A stretch of DNA of 64,000 nt from NCBI RefSeq assembly GCF_021869535.1, contig NW_026262701.1, positions 9,486,001 to 9,550,000 on the forward strand, read 5' to 3'. A program made the position numbers and the translations under genes. The notes under the pieces are model-generated. The model saw only the letters and a program-made list of their open reading frames with translations. It was not told the DNA's origin and made no database searches. Within the stretch, counting starts at the first letter, position 1; the number at the start of each line of letters is the position of its first letter. Shown piece by piece: positions 1-10,360 of this stretch. This DNA comes from Mytilus californianus. Its lineage: Eukaryota.

Positions 1-266
1 GAAGTTGATCTTCAGACTCGGAAGGATCTTGAGGTAATGCAGGTAGGATTGCTAGGAGATCTTCAATCGTTTTAGTGATCTTAGAAGCTATTTTTTTCTT
101 GTGCTTCTACGACGGGTTTAAAAACCTTGTTAAGATCACGACTCAATCCTTGTTTGTTCAGTCGTTCTTTTAAGTTGCTAGCTTGAATGTTACGTTTGAT
201 ATCGTGCAACTCCTTAGCAAGAGCTTCACGTTGTTTAGGATCGGTAATGCTAATTATAAACGTCAT
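1..266 (-). pseudogene. Polinton accessory ORF (N-terminal part; runs toward the window edge)
   Basis: MTFIISITDPKQREALAKELHDIKRNIQ...LSRDLNKVFKPVVEAQ resembles a coiled-coil accessory ORF start seen in animal Polintons; stop at 81 is probably decay. Confidence 0.5.
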
Positions 267-640
267 TTATTTACAGCGTTGAACATTTAACGCTCATTAG
301 CGTTGAACGTTGTTGAACGTTGAGCGTTGAACGTTGAACGTTGTTGAACGTTTAAATAGTTGTTGAAATAACGAAGGTAATGCAGTTAAGAGCATTTTTG
401 TTCTGAAAACTCAAGTGTCTTAGACGTTTTTTTATTAGGTTGACATTGACGAGTGCATTGATGTCCTCTGATCGTTGTTGAAGTGCATTTAGGTTGTTGA
501 GGTGGGTGTGTTGACTTGCGGAAGGTTTTACTTAAATTCCAACACTCAAAGTCATCACCATTACTAAATCGATTCTAGATGTGTTCAACACCACATGTTA
601 AACATTGTTTTACCCTTTAGTCAAACAGTACACACTTAAA

Positions 641-845
641 TCTTGGTCTGAACCTATCAATCGAGTCGATGAAGCTGCCTATCGTCATGACCTCTATTAT
701 GCTCGACATAAAGATACATCCACCTTATTCCGTGTGTGATATAAATATGCTCTTACAATTAGACACCATCCACCATTCAGCCATGAGAGAGAAAATGAAT
801 CGTGGTATCGTTTAACCTCTCATCGGTACTAAAAGACGATTTGGT
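641..845 (+). pseudogene. Parvovirus VP1u-like phospholipase A2 domain remnant, upstream of and originally continuous with the integrase
   Basis: Hand translation from 641: SWSEPINRVDEAAYRHDLYYARHKD (HDxxY motif, His codon at 686); after one frameshift and a stop it reads into KRRFGLGHKKVLWTDQLAEELHKP of the integrase. Confidence 0.75.
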
Positions 846-1774
846 TTGGGGCATAAAAAAGTTCTTTGGACAGATCAATTAGCAGAAGAATTACATAAAC
901 CCGTTCGACGTCATTTCAAAAAACGACGTGTTATCGCTGGTGTGGATGAAATTTGGACTGCCGATCTCATCGATATGAGTTCATTTTCTCGCGATAACAA
1001 AGGATTTAAATTCATTCTAAGCATCATCGATATGTTTTCCAAATACGGATGGCTCATGCTCCCAAAAACAAGAAAGGGTTGACAGTCAAAGATGCCTTTC
1101 AAGCGGTTTTCACATCATCATCACGACTTCCTAAAAAATTATGGACGAATAAAGGTACCGAATTTCACAACAAAGAAGTAATAGAGTTACTTCGACAGCA
1201 CAACATTGAACTGTACTGTACGAGAATGAAGAAAAATCAAGTTTCGTTGAACGTTGGAACCGTACCATGAAAGAGAAAATGTTTAAATACTTTTCGGCTA
1301 ATTCTACGCGCACTTACATCGATGTGTTGGATGATCTCGTGCATCAGTACAATACATCTAAACATAGATCCATTAAAATGACTCCTATTGCTGCAAGAAC
1401 ACGAAAACAAAGTGTACTGGAACATGTATGGTAACCTTCTTCCATTAAAACAGGTTAAATTTAAAGTAGGGGATACAGTTCGAATCACTTAAACGAAAGG
1501 CGTGTTTGAAAAGGGATACACCCGTAGGTTGACTGAAGAAGTCTTAACGGTGTTACACGTGTTAAACACACAACCTCAAACGTATCGTATCAAGGATTTA
1601 AATGACGAGGAAATAGAAGGTTCCTTCTACGAGCCCAAACTTCAAAAGACGGATCAAGACATGTACCGCATCAAAGAGGTCTTACGAAAACAAACCGAGG
1701 GTGGTGTGAAAGAGGTTACGTTCAACGGAAAGGGTACCTCCCTTAGTCCTTTAATTCTTGGATCAAACAATTAG
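846..1774 (+). pseudogene. INT: Retroviral-type (DDE) c-integrase, frameshifted
   Basis: LAEELHKP, WTADLIDM (D1), IIDMFSKY, LWTNKGTEF (D2 appears mutated to N), VERWNRTMK (E, about 1245-1270), HRSIKMTP, C-terminal FEKGY...GSFYEPKLQK. Confidence 0.92.
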
Positions 1775-1859
1775 ACATGCAATAAGAATGTGTAAGCTTT
1801 TCGTGTTCTTGAGTCCAAAGAACAAAAAGGTTAACTCTTCCCCTATAAGAACATTTTAC

Positions 1860-2790
1860 CTATCGAACGTATATCCTTAAATCGTTTATATCTTTCTTGT
1901 TTTTCTCTCCCATCGCCAACGACCACTCCACCAATGTATGGATTCTTGACATGGTAATACTTTGCACGAGTAACAAACGTTTTTCCAATGCATTGATTTT
2001 TTGTTGTAGAATAGTTTTTAACTCATTTACTTTTCCATTAAATTCTTGTTGCAGTCTGGTTTCAAACGTATCCACTTTCTTCTTAAGTTTTTTGATGGTT
2101 GCATCATATCCTTTTTCATTTGTTTGATATCCGTTTTTTTTTGCGCACGCTCGGATTGTAATTGTAATTCTAATTGTCTCGTATTGTATTTCAATTGCTG
2201 CATGACCCATTGTTTCGTTGCAGCATCCATACCGTGACTCGGAGATTTTTAGTTAGTGATACGATTGTCGTTCATGTTCAGATCTTCTTGAAAACTATCC
2301 TATTGATGTCTTCATGTCCATACATTCCAATTTTGTCTGTAATTTTTATTCATATTATGGCGGTGAAGGCTTGAACAACTGAGCTATATCTTTACCAGAT
2401 ATCGAACCACTAACAGTTTTATGGTTGAATCTCCCAGCAGTATGTTTCAATTACATGACCATCATTATACCATCTAAGTCTTCTTTGGTTTGCTCTTCCA
2501 TCACCAACATGAGATCCACCAATGCATCGATTTTTTGTTGTATAGTTTTCTATAGTTCTTGTTGCAGGGTGGTATTAGTCTCTAACCATTTTTTCTCGGA
2601 TTGTAATGCTTCGATTCTACTTGTCACGTCTTTCACCTGTTGAATAACCCATCGTTTCGTTGTATCATTCGCACCGTGACTCGGATGTTTCAAGTTTGTA
2701 ATTCGAGTGTCGTTCATGTTTAGGTCTTCCAGCAATTGACTGCTATTTATGTCTCTCTGTTCATAATATCCAAATTTGTCTGTCATTTTT
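1860..2790 (-). pseudogene. Polinton coiled-coil/repeat (possibly fibre-like) protein gene with internal duplication
   Basis: Two copies of EDLNMND(T/N)RITN.K(H/S)PSHG..D(T/A)(T/A)K(R/Q)WV.QQ (about 2630-2730 and 2205-2300), each followed by heptad-rich segments. Confidence 0.5.
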
Positions 2791-3190
2791 TTATAGCATC
2801 CAATGGAAAACACGACTTCATCAAAAGGTTGACCTTCCGACAACAATTTCAACACATACAAACAAAAGTGTCCACAGAACACTGTTTCTCTTATTTGAAG
2901 TTCATCGGTGTTTTAGTAGATCTTAGGTTTTAAGTAATTTACCATTTTGTTGGGGGTGGTAATGCATAAGAATCAAAGTACAGTTTGGTGGTTGTATTCT
3001 TAAACCAACACGTCCGAAGTGTTCCCGGTCTCCCTAAGGTATCATGGTTTAAAATACCACACTCTTCATGGTATGGTTGGGAAGGTAGGGTATCACGCAT
3101 GAATACACCTCTGAAATGAGGTATCTTTAGAGTCTTGACCGCTTTCTCCAACTCTCCGTTCGAAAGGGGTGAGTTGGGAAGTAGAATGTT
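2790..3190 (-). pseudogene. PRO: Adenain-like (adenoviral C5 family) cysteine protease, inactivated
   Basis: LPNSPLSNGELEKAVKTLKIPHFRGVFMRD; GTLR in place of GTHW (catalytic His lost); YFDSYALPPP; ELQIRETVFCGHFCLYVL (Gln and catalytic Cys) after a frameshift. Confidence 0.88.
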
Positions 3191-3913
3191 GTGTACTGGT
3201 ATCCTTTGTTTTAAGTCTTCTAGCTTCCAAAGGAGCGGAAAGTTGCAATCGTCTTTCTGAAGCCTCCATCATTTGTTTACATGCGTTGAAGTATTGTCGT
3301 TCTACAGCTGTTGATGTTTTTCAGACATTTCGATATAATAGGTGGGTAAGTCATTCTTTCTTTTACCAACACACGTCTTTAAGGTGATTTTTCAATTTTG
3401 TAATGTCCATGTGCTAGAGTACTAATGCCATTGGGTTAGATGTAACGTTTGTCATCATCAGCTGAGAAAGCTTTCTTACGACACTCAATCGTATGAATTT
3501 GATGCCCACGACTTTTAAACATATTCATGGTTCGATAACTAACTTTGTAAGTATCTAGACATGTCTTGTAGTCGGCAAAGGTAAGTCCATTTTTCTCAGT
3601 ACTCCTTTTCACCCCATTAGCTCTCTTTGATTCGGTGTCACCCATCTTAAAGGCATACAACTTTGCACGTAACCCAACAAATTCAGTCATAATTTCACCT
3701 TTGTTTTCATCCTTAAACATTCCAATAATACCAGGGTTTGATTCCATGCTTATTCCAGATGGATGATCTTTAGGAATTTTAGAGGTGTCAAACCATTGTT
3801 GTCCATGTTCATTAACGTCCTTATAAGCATCAGGTGTTTCTACTTTACAAATGATGCTATCAGTATCGGTGTAACAAATGGTTCCCTTTTCTTTGTAGGT
3901 AGGTTTCAAGTAT

Positions 3914-4786
3914 CTCTAATATCAAAAGAAAACATCCTCTTGGGATCAGATATTATAGATATCTCTGGAAATATTTCACTGTTCTCATGCAGTACTATAT
4001 TTATTCTTGTAGATTGAGCTCACTGTTACCTTGTGTTAAGATTGCACTAAAGAAATTGAAAAATTATTATATTATTGAAAAACTATCTTCCGCCTTTCAC
4101 AGTTCTCCTGCAATAGGTGAAAAAATAGAAAAAACATGGGAACCATTTCAACAATTAATTTTATGATACAAGAAAGATAACTCATATTTAACTGAAAATA
4201 AATGTGTAACACAACTGGATGCACATCACAATTGGACAGTGGTTAGTGTCATCCTATAGATATTATATATATGTATGTAAGAATTAAATGTGTGTTATTA
4301 TGTTATGATAATAGGAGTTAAAATACTGTTTTTTATATGATTTCCAGATATCGCCGGGAAGAAAAAATAACAACAAAATACAAATGTATGTCATTATATA
4401 TATAATTTTCTTTATGAGTACATGTAAATGTACGAATAGAATAACTATGTTGCATCAGTAATAATAATAGTCTTTTAATATCAATTTAATCATATATGAA
4501 TATAAGTTAATGATTTTTTTATCAATTGTTTNNNNNNNNNNNNNNNNNNNNNNNNNNNNNNNNNNNNNNNNNNNNNNNNNNNNNNNNNNNNNNNNNNNNN
4601 NNNNNNNNNNNNNNNNNNNNNNNNNNNNNNNNNNNNNNNNNNNNNNNNNNNNNNNNNNNNNNNNNNNNNNNNNNNNNNNNNNNNNGGGGATGTTAATATA
4701 AGCGCTGACACTGACAGGTCAAAATAAATAAACATGTATTGTATTCTTCTTTGATAAAGAATTACAAAATAAAGAATTATAAAAAA
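3914..4786 (+). mobile_element. 5'-truncated L1/Tx1-type LINE insertion inside pPolB (contains a 154-N assembly gap)
   Basis: 13-bp direct repeat AGGTTTCAAGTAT at 3901-3913 and 4787-4799; AATAAA plus A-tail before the right copy; 3915-4166 reads ...QYYIYSCRLSSLLP...LKNYYIIEK...KTWEPFQQLIL*, resembling an L1/Tx1 ORF2 C-terminus. Confidence 0.8.
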
Positions 4787-5974
4787 AGGTTTCAAGTATT
4801 TGTAAACAAAGTCTGTCATTAAAGTCTTCGATAAATCAAGAATCGAAAATCCTAAATAGATCGGTTTGTCAAATACTGTTTTTGTTTTTCGCATGTGAAA
4901 AGCTGCTAGGTGTTCACTAAAAATAACCCAACGATCAAAGTTTGGTTTAGCGATGACTTTTAGCGCTTGTTTTTCATTGTTTACCAACCGAACATTCACT
5001 CTTCGTCTAATGTTCTCCATTGTCTTGCCAAACATCGAGTTGTTCACGAATCTGAAGAAATCCTTTTCAAAATCCGTCTTGGCATTGGCTCGAATTGCGG
5101 TGTTCAACTCGATGTATTTTTTCAACCATGGTCATTGATTGAACTTAATAACACGGTGAACCTTCTTTAGTTTATGTCCAAGGTCAAGGTATAGTTTTAA
5201 ATTCACATAGTGAATGATGCACTTTTCTTTGTTTCCAAGATTCGGCACTAACTTCTTCACTTTGTTAATAAGTAAGGTTTCGGGTGCTAAGGGGTAATAA
5301 TTATGGTAATCATGAAGTGCTCTTGGATATTCCAAATCTACTTCCAACACGTAACCTTGATCGTCTTCAGCTGTAAGTGTATCCAAAGCTGGCATCTCTT
5401 CAGGTGTAATCCATGTAAACCCATCGGTAGGTAAGAACTTACTCATAGCCCATCCATATAAGTTGTTGGCATCTACATACATCAAGTGACTTGTTGGTTT
5501 GTTGGTATGATACTCTTTCATGTAGGGGTTGTTGGATTTGATATAGCGTTGAGTTGCGACGGTGATTCCTCCCCTAATTCCTTTCTCAAACATCAACAGC
5601 ATGTCTGGGTCAGTAAGAAGGTCAAGCTCATTATTACTAATCTTCAATGCTGCATCATAAGCAAGTCCTGGTGCTGTTAAGTACGAAGCAGGGTCGAGTT
5701 AGTAATTCTTCAAACAAAGATCCCTAAAATTTTCTAACACATCACATAGTAGTAATACATCTGTTTTTAAATACAAATCATGATATGTCCTCATGCTAGT
5801 CATTTTCAAAGTATTCTATACTTTTTGTGCATGTTCATAATCTTCTTTACTCACTTCTTCTTCGTTAAATGTATTGTAAAAATCTTCCCTTGAAGGTAAC
5901 TCTGTTATTTCAAGTTTGTTAAACCAATCCATGTAATCATAAGGATATACCCCTTTTCGTAAAAGCAAATCAAT

Positions 5975-6785
5975 GTTTACAGATGGGGTTGGTTCGTATA
6001 CAAGGGCATTCACTTCAATACCTTCTTCACTTAAATATTCAAAAGCACTCATCAATGCTTCGTTTTCAAAAGGGGTTGTTGATACGGTGTTTACAGGTAT
6101 ATCATAACCTTCATCCATAGGTTTGTTGGTAAATGTAATGTTACATTCCATAACTTCTTTCACTTTTTGTGAACACCCCTTAAGTATTTGTGGAAGGTTT
6201 TCTGGTGGTAAGTTGTCTTTGTAAATCATAAGGCCATCAAACACAAGGTAACCTACTTCAATGTCTTGTTCAATTAATTAATCAAAAGCAATCATCAATG
6301 CTTTGTTTTCTAAACTACACATCACATAATTTACTGTATTTCCATCAATGTTGTAGTTTGTACCTTTGTTATCTTTTGACTGCTTGGCTAAGGCATACAA
6401 TTCTGGTCGTAGTTTAACAAATGAATGCATAATGTGTCTCATTTCACTGTAAAATTCCTTGTACCAACTTGGATCATCAGGTGTTAGTTTCACACGTCTC
6501 CCGTTATAATAGCTAAAACATGTGCCTTAACTTCATCCCGTCTTTCATTAGTTCGTATCATCCAATTTTCCATGTATTGTTCCCTGTTTTCAATGAAATC
6601 ATTAAGCCCATCGCAGTTAATACCATTGTCATGACAATACCATGATAACAATGTGGGATGTGTATTCTTCATGCCAATGTCATACATGTTTACGTTTATC
6701 AATAACTTCACGTAGTTGAATAACTCGATTATTTTTTTAGGTAGATGGGTTAACCTTGTACAATTGAGGATCTAACGGTAGGTCA
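5975..6785 (-). pseudogene. DNA polymerase A-like (TV-Pol-type) domain embedded in the pPolB exonuclease region
   Basis: YDIGMKNTHPTLL (motif A-like, 6655-6684), VKAHVLAIITG (motif B-like), LVFDGLMI (motif C-like, 6233-6247); ORF 5816-6244 runs without a break from FDGLMI into LLRKGVYPYDY of pPolB. Confidence 0.7.
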
Positions 6786-8753
6786 CCAAACACTTTTTCC
6801 ATATTTTTAAAACCTCCACGAGGGGTTGCTTTCACTAATTTTTCTAAACTTGTACTCATAAATTTAAAGCCTCTACAAATCTCAAATGTTGGTACAGTGG
6901 TTTCTTTTCACCATCCTTCTTTGATGAGTATTTACCTACTTGAATTCTTTTGGTAAATGAAATGTATTTCTCATCGGTATTTGGAATACATGTAATTGGT
7001 CCTGCTGTTTCACCAAAATGTTTAATGAACAGATGACTGTCATACCCAGCTAAATTATGAAAAATCACAGGTATGAACTTGGGTACCCTATTTTTCAAGT
7101 TAAACTCGTTGTGTGCTGCAACCCTGTAATTACCAGTGAAGTGACAGTGATCTCTAACCTTGTCATCCCCCAATGCATTATTACAAAACCAACATAGTGT
7201 TGCAGTTTTGAAATCACTCTTGTCTTCCATTGTCATCACCATTGGTTTTCTAAAGTCATTCTGGGTGTAAATGGCTTTGATTTCTTTTTCAAGTCCTTCA
7301 ACAAAAATCTGCGTTACATCTTTTCCTTCTTCTTGCATGGTGGTCTGTACTGGTTTTTTGGTAAAAACACTTTCACCAAAACGTTTTATGAAATAAGAAA
7401 AACTAGAGGGTATATGCTTTTTGTAGGGTTTGGTGTGTGGTTTGTATGCGATTGTGTCCTCTGGTTCGGATTCTACTTTTTCAGTAAGCATTCAAAATCT
7501 GCAAAAACCTCAAATGGAACTCTTATTGAATTAGAGTGGTTTTCAAAACTATGGTAGGATCCTTTACCAGACATCTCTGTCTTAATTGCTTTGTGGTTTA
7601 CACAATACTCTTTATGTTTCTTCAATGCCTCTTCGCTGGGACGGTGGTTTGAACATCTGAGCATGAATGAATCTCACCGCCATGGTGCGTTTTCTTGTTT
7701 GAAATTAGCCGGGAATAGTGTTTTCGTCCATCACTTTCTATCATCAACAAGTTAATCATTTTACTTATCTGTTCAGCAACATCTGAAATTCGTAGATGGT
7801 ATATCTCTTTGTCATCAATTCCATATACATTGACTGCCAAGGTAGGGTTGATTTTTTCAAACTTGTTAATATACTTAAGGCTTACGGGAATTCTAATCCA
7901 TGCAGGTTTAGTTTATTGTTCCACCTACAATACTGAGTCCACCTTCGTGTTTTCCTTTGGTCTACCTCTTTGTGATGTACGGCTGAAAGTACACCCCATT
8001 TAAAACACATATCATCTTTGTTTTTGAACATTTATCACGGCTTTCTTGTCTTTGATCCATTTTGGTAAAGCTACATACTGCAAACCGGATAACGGTGTGT
8101 ATTTGTTGATGTTAAGTTGCAATTTCACGATTTCATTCAATGTCCACCCACTCTTCTCAGAGGTACACTCGGCAGTTTTTTCTCCGATCTTTTGGTCCAT
8201 CTCTTTCAAAGTTTCAATGAAGGCGATGGCTTCTGTTATAGTTTGATTTCCCGATTTAAAGTGTCCCTCATTTTCATCGTCCTCTTTACCTGTGGGGTTG
8301 ATTTTCACGAAAGTACAGTGTAACACCACATTAATGTTAACCCCTTTCAATCCACAATTTCGAATGATGTTCATCCTTTTCCCTCGTGTTACCTCAAGAA
8401 AGGTCTGGATGTCAATTTCAGCATCCGATGTCATTTTCCAGGTACTCAATACACCTTTTATGGATCTAATGGACTCTTTCTTGATTTTTTTTACCTACCT
8501 TTTTAACTTTAAGTTGATTTTTAGGTAACCTACTAATACCTTTCAACCCATGTTGTTTCGCCTTGATCATGATTTCTTTTTTCGTCGCTGGTTTAGGAAT
8601 ACGCTTATGTATGTTCCGTCTCCGTTTCAATCAACTCTAGTAACTGTTCTTTCTTCATTCTAGAGTATCATTTAAGACCAGCATGTTTAGCCATACTTCT
8701 TAACTGTTTTAACGTTTCAACAACAATCGTATTCATTTTTACTTACTATACCC

Positions 8754-8830
8754 ATGTCTTTCTTATTTTTGGCCATGGCGTTGTCAGTTTGTTTTCGATC
8801 TATGAGTTTGACTGTCCCTCTGGTATCTTT
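8754..8830 (+). repeat. Dispersed repeat family B fragment (GCCATGGCGTTGTCAGTTT...GTCCCTCTGGTATCTTTCGTCCCTC)
   Basis: Same sequence at about 10707-10860, 18505-18660, 34785-34900, 58010-58140, 59560-59760, 60620-60800 and 61455-61620. Confidence 0.85.
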
Positions 8831-8879
8831 CGTCCCTCTTTTATTATATTTTTTTCAATTACAACACCTCTCACTCCTA

Positions 8880-9072
8880 TTTGAAAAAAAAACACCTAAA
8901 ATTCTGCATAGTGTGGCAGAACTGTCACTAGGGTTTAGGGTGTTAGGGGTTAAACTGGTTGGAACCGGATTCTTATTTATTCTAAAGATGGATGACCTAC
9001 TTTCATTTTCAATTTTGTAGAAAAAAATTATCGAAAGTGAAAGTGTGGCAGAACTGTCAATTCTCTACTACT
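8880..9072. repeat. Putative Polinton terminal inverted repeat region
   Basis: 18-bp direct repeat AGTGTGGCAGAACTGTCA at 8910 and 9042; CTACTACT end; candidate 6-bp TSD CCGGAT at 9073-9078. The partner end is not in the window. Confidence 0.6.
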
Positions 9073-9149
9073 CCGGATTCGTCGATAGGGTAAGCATCAC
9101 CTGTTGTGCATGCATTCATCACCTACCATGCGATCCAGACTCAAAAGAG

Positions 9150-9330
9150 GAATGTTGTCACGTACACCTCTCCAGCGTTATAGATAACCTTTCACAGAAT
9201 AATTTCCGGTTTGTTGACTTGATTCCATCTATCTTGTTGAACTTCAAATAAATGGTTCCATAAATAAATTGACGATTGGTGTGTATCTATATCTACGCCT
9301 ATATCTAGTAATCGACTCTGAGGGACGGGA
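9150..9330 (+). mobile_element. Degraded Penelope-like RT fragment
   Basis: Remnants of LS.NN..F...and YL.IDSEGR, like the RT segments at 37800-37950 and 60900-61100. Confidence 0.45.
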
Positions 9331-9343
9331 ATTGATGAACTAA

Positions 9344-9724
9344 TAGTTTGTTCTTATGTTGTACTGTTACACCACTATCCCAGGCTAAAAAGAGGGTTTG
9401 GCGCCATCAAACTAGTTTAACCTTGTCGCATTCTGTAGATGCCTGTCCTAAGTAAGGAACCTGTAATTCAGTAGTTGTCGTTTGTTGCTGTGTATCACAT
9501 TTTTTTCTCGTTCATTGTATTTTATATAAATCAGTCCGTTAGTTTTTTCGTTTGAATTGATTTACATTTGTCATTTGGGGCCTTTTAAACCTGACTATGC
9601 GGTACGGGTTTTGCACATTATTGAAGTCCGTACGATGACCTATAGTTGTAAACTTCTACGTCATTAAGTCTCTGGTGGAGAGCTGTCTCATTGGCAATCG
9701 TACCACATTTTCTTATTTTTATAT
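9344..9724 (+). repeat. Dispersed repeat family A (3' end of the Naiad-type element)
   Basis: Aligns by eye with 38770-39147; ends CTCATTGGCAATCGTACCACATTTTCTTATTTTTATAT. Other copies at about 10541-10700, 10960-11175, 17536-17872, 20880-21040, 28210-28408, 41915-42360, 42780-42995 and 58976-59217. Confidence 0.85.
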
Positions 9725-10257
9725 CAAAGACTTCCCATTGTAAACTTTACGTTTTAGATAGCAACATTCCTTCAGACCCTGTATAGGATATAAAAATTGA
9801 TACATTTAAACAAAGCTGAAACTTACGTTTTCTGTCTTGATTTGATACAGAGTTGTTTCTGACAAGGGAGCAAACGAACAAGCAGTAATGAATTGTTAAG
9901 TTTAAGTCATCGCTTTGTCAAAACCGTTATCATTTCTACTCCACTATACGATATAGATATTCAACTTCAATTTATGTAAATGGTCTATACCTATTATATC
10001 ATATGCTAATGACCATAAGATGTGCGTACACATCAACGGGACAGCAACCCTCTACAAAATAACAAAATGCGAATAAATCAAACACAAATTATGAAAGATC
10101 TTCCATCAACACCAAATTATCCCCCCCCCCCCACAAAAAAAAACCAAAAAAACAACCAAATACATTAAGGTTTGACTTCAGACAACCACTGAGAGGTTAC
10201 CATACTTAGGACAGACATATGCATAATAGTATGTCGACGAATTTCACGAGCTTTTAA

Positions 10258-10360
10258 TGAGATCTCAACCCTCTACCTTTTAATGAGATCTCAAACCTCC
10301 ACCTTTTAATGAGATCTCAACTCTCCGCCTTTTAGTGAAATCTCAACCCTCCGCCTTTTA
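10258..10360. repeat. Short tandem repeat, 4 x about 26 bp
   Basis: ATGAGATCTCAACCCTC(T/C)ACCTTTTA repeated. Confidence 0.85.

Larger units (their letters stand above)
3436..8736 (-). pseudogene. pPolB: Protein-primed family B DNA polymerase (group-1-like, with EndoVII-like insert), disrupted
   Basis: ATG at 8736 (MNTIVVETLKQLRSMAKHAGLK...); SGWTL...KYTPL..KKAVINV; ExoI VFADFEC; CWFC...RDHCH (7141-7195); ExoII FHNLAGYDSH; RKGVYPYDY; [10 protein letters not shown]; motif A YVDANNLYGWAM; motif B NNSMFGKT; motif C YTDTDS (3857-3874); EFVGLRAKLY. Confidence 0.95.
1..9072. mobile_element. Decayed Polinton/Maverick (adintovirus-like endogenous virus), right-hand part; the rest lies left of the window
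   Basis: Co-located c-integrase, adenain protease and protein-primed PolB remnants; ends in ...TTCTCTACTACT (reverse complement AGTAGTAG, the typical Polinton terminus) at 9072. Many stops and frameshifts. Confidence 0.92.

Noticed and set aside
4531-4684. N-run and ORFs spanning it
   Set aside because: Assembly gap; the X-containing ORF extensions are meaningless.
8928-8949. Interstitial telomere
   Set aside because: Only about 3 imperfect TTAGGG-like units; noted only as part of the Polinton terminus.
1-9072. Contaminating free virus or phage contig
   Set aside because: Genes are riddled with stops, contain host LINE and repeat insertions, and run into host repeats at a Polinton-type terminus, so this is an old endogenous copy.
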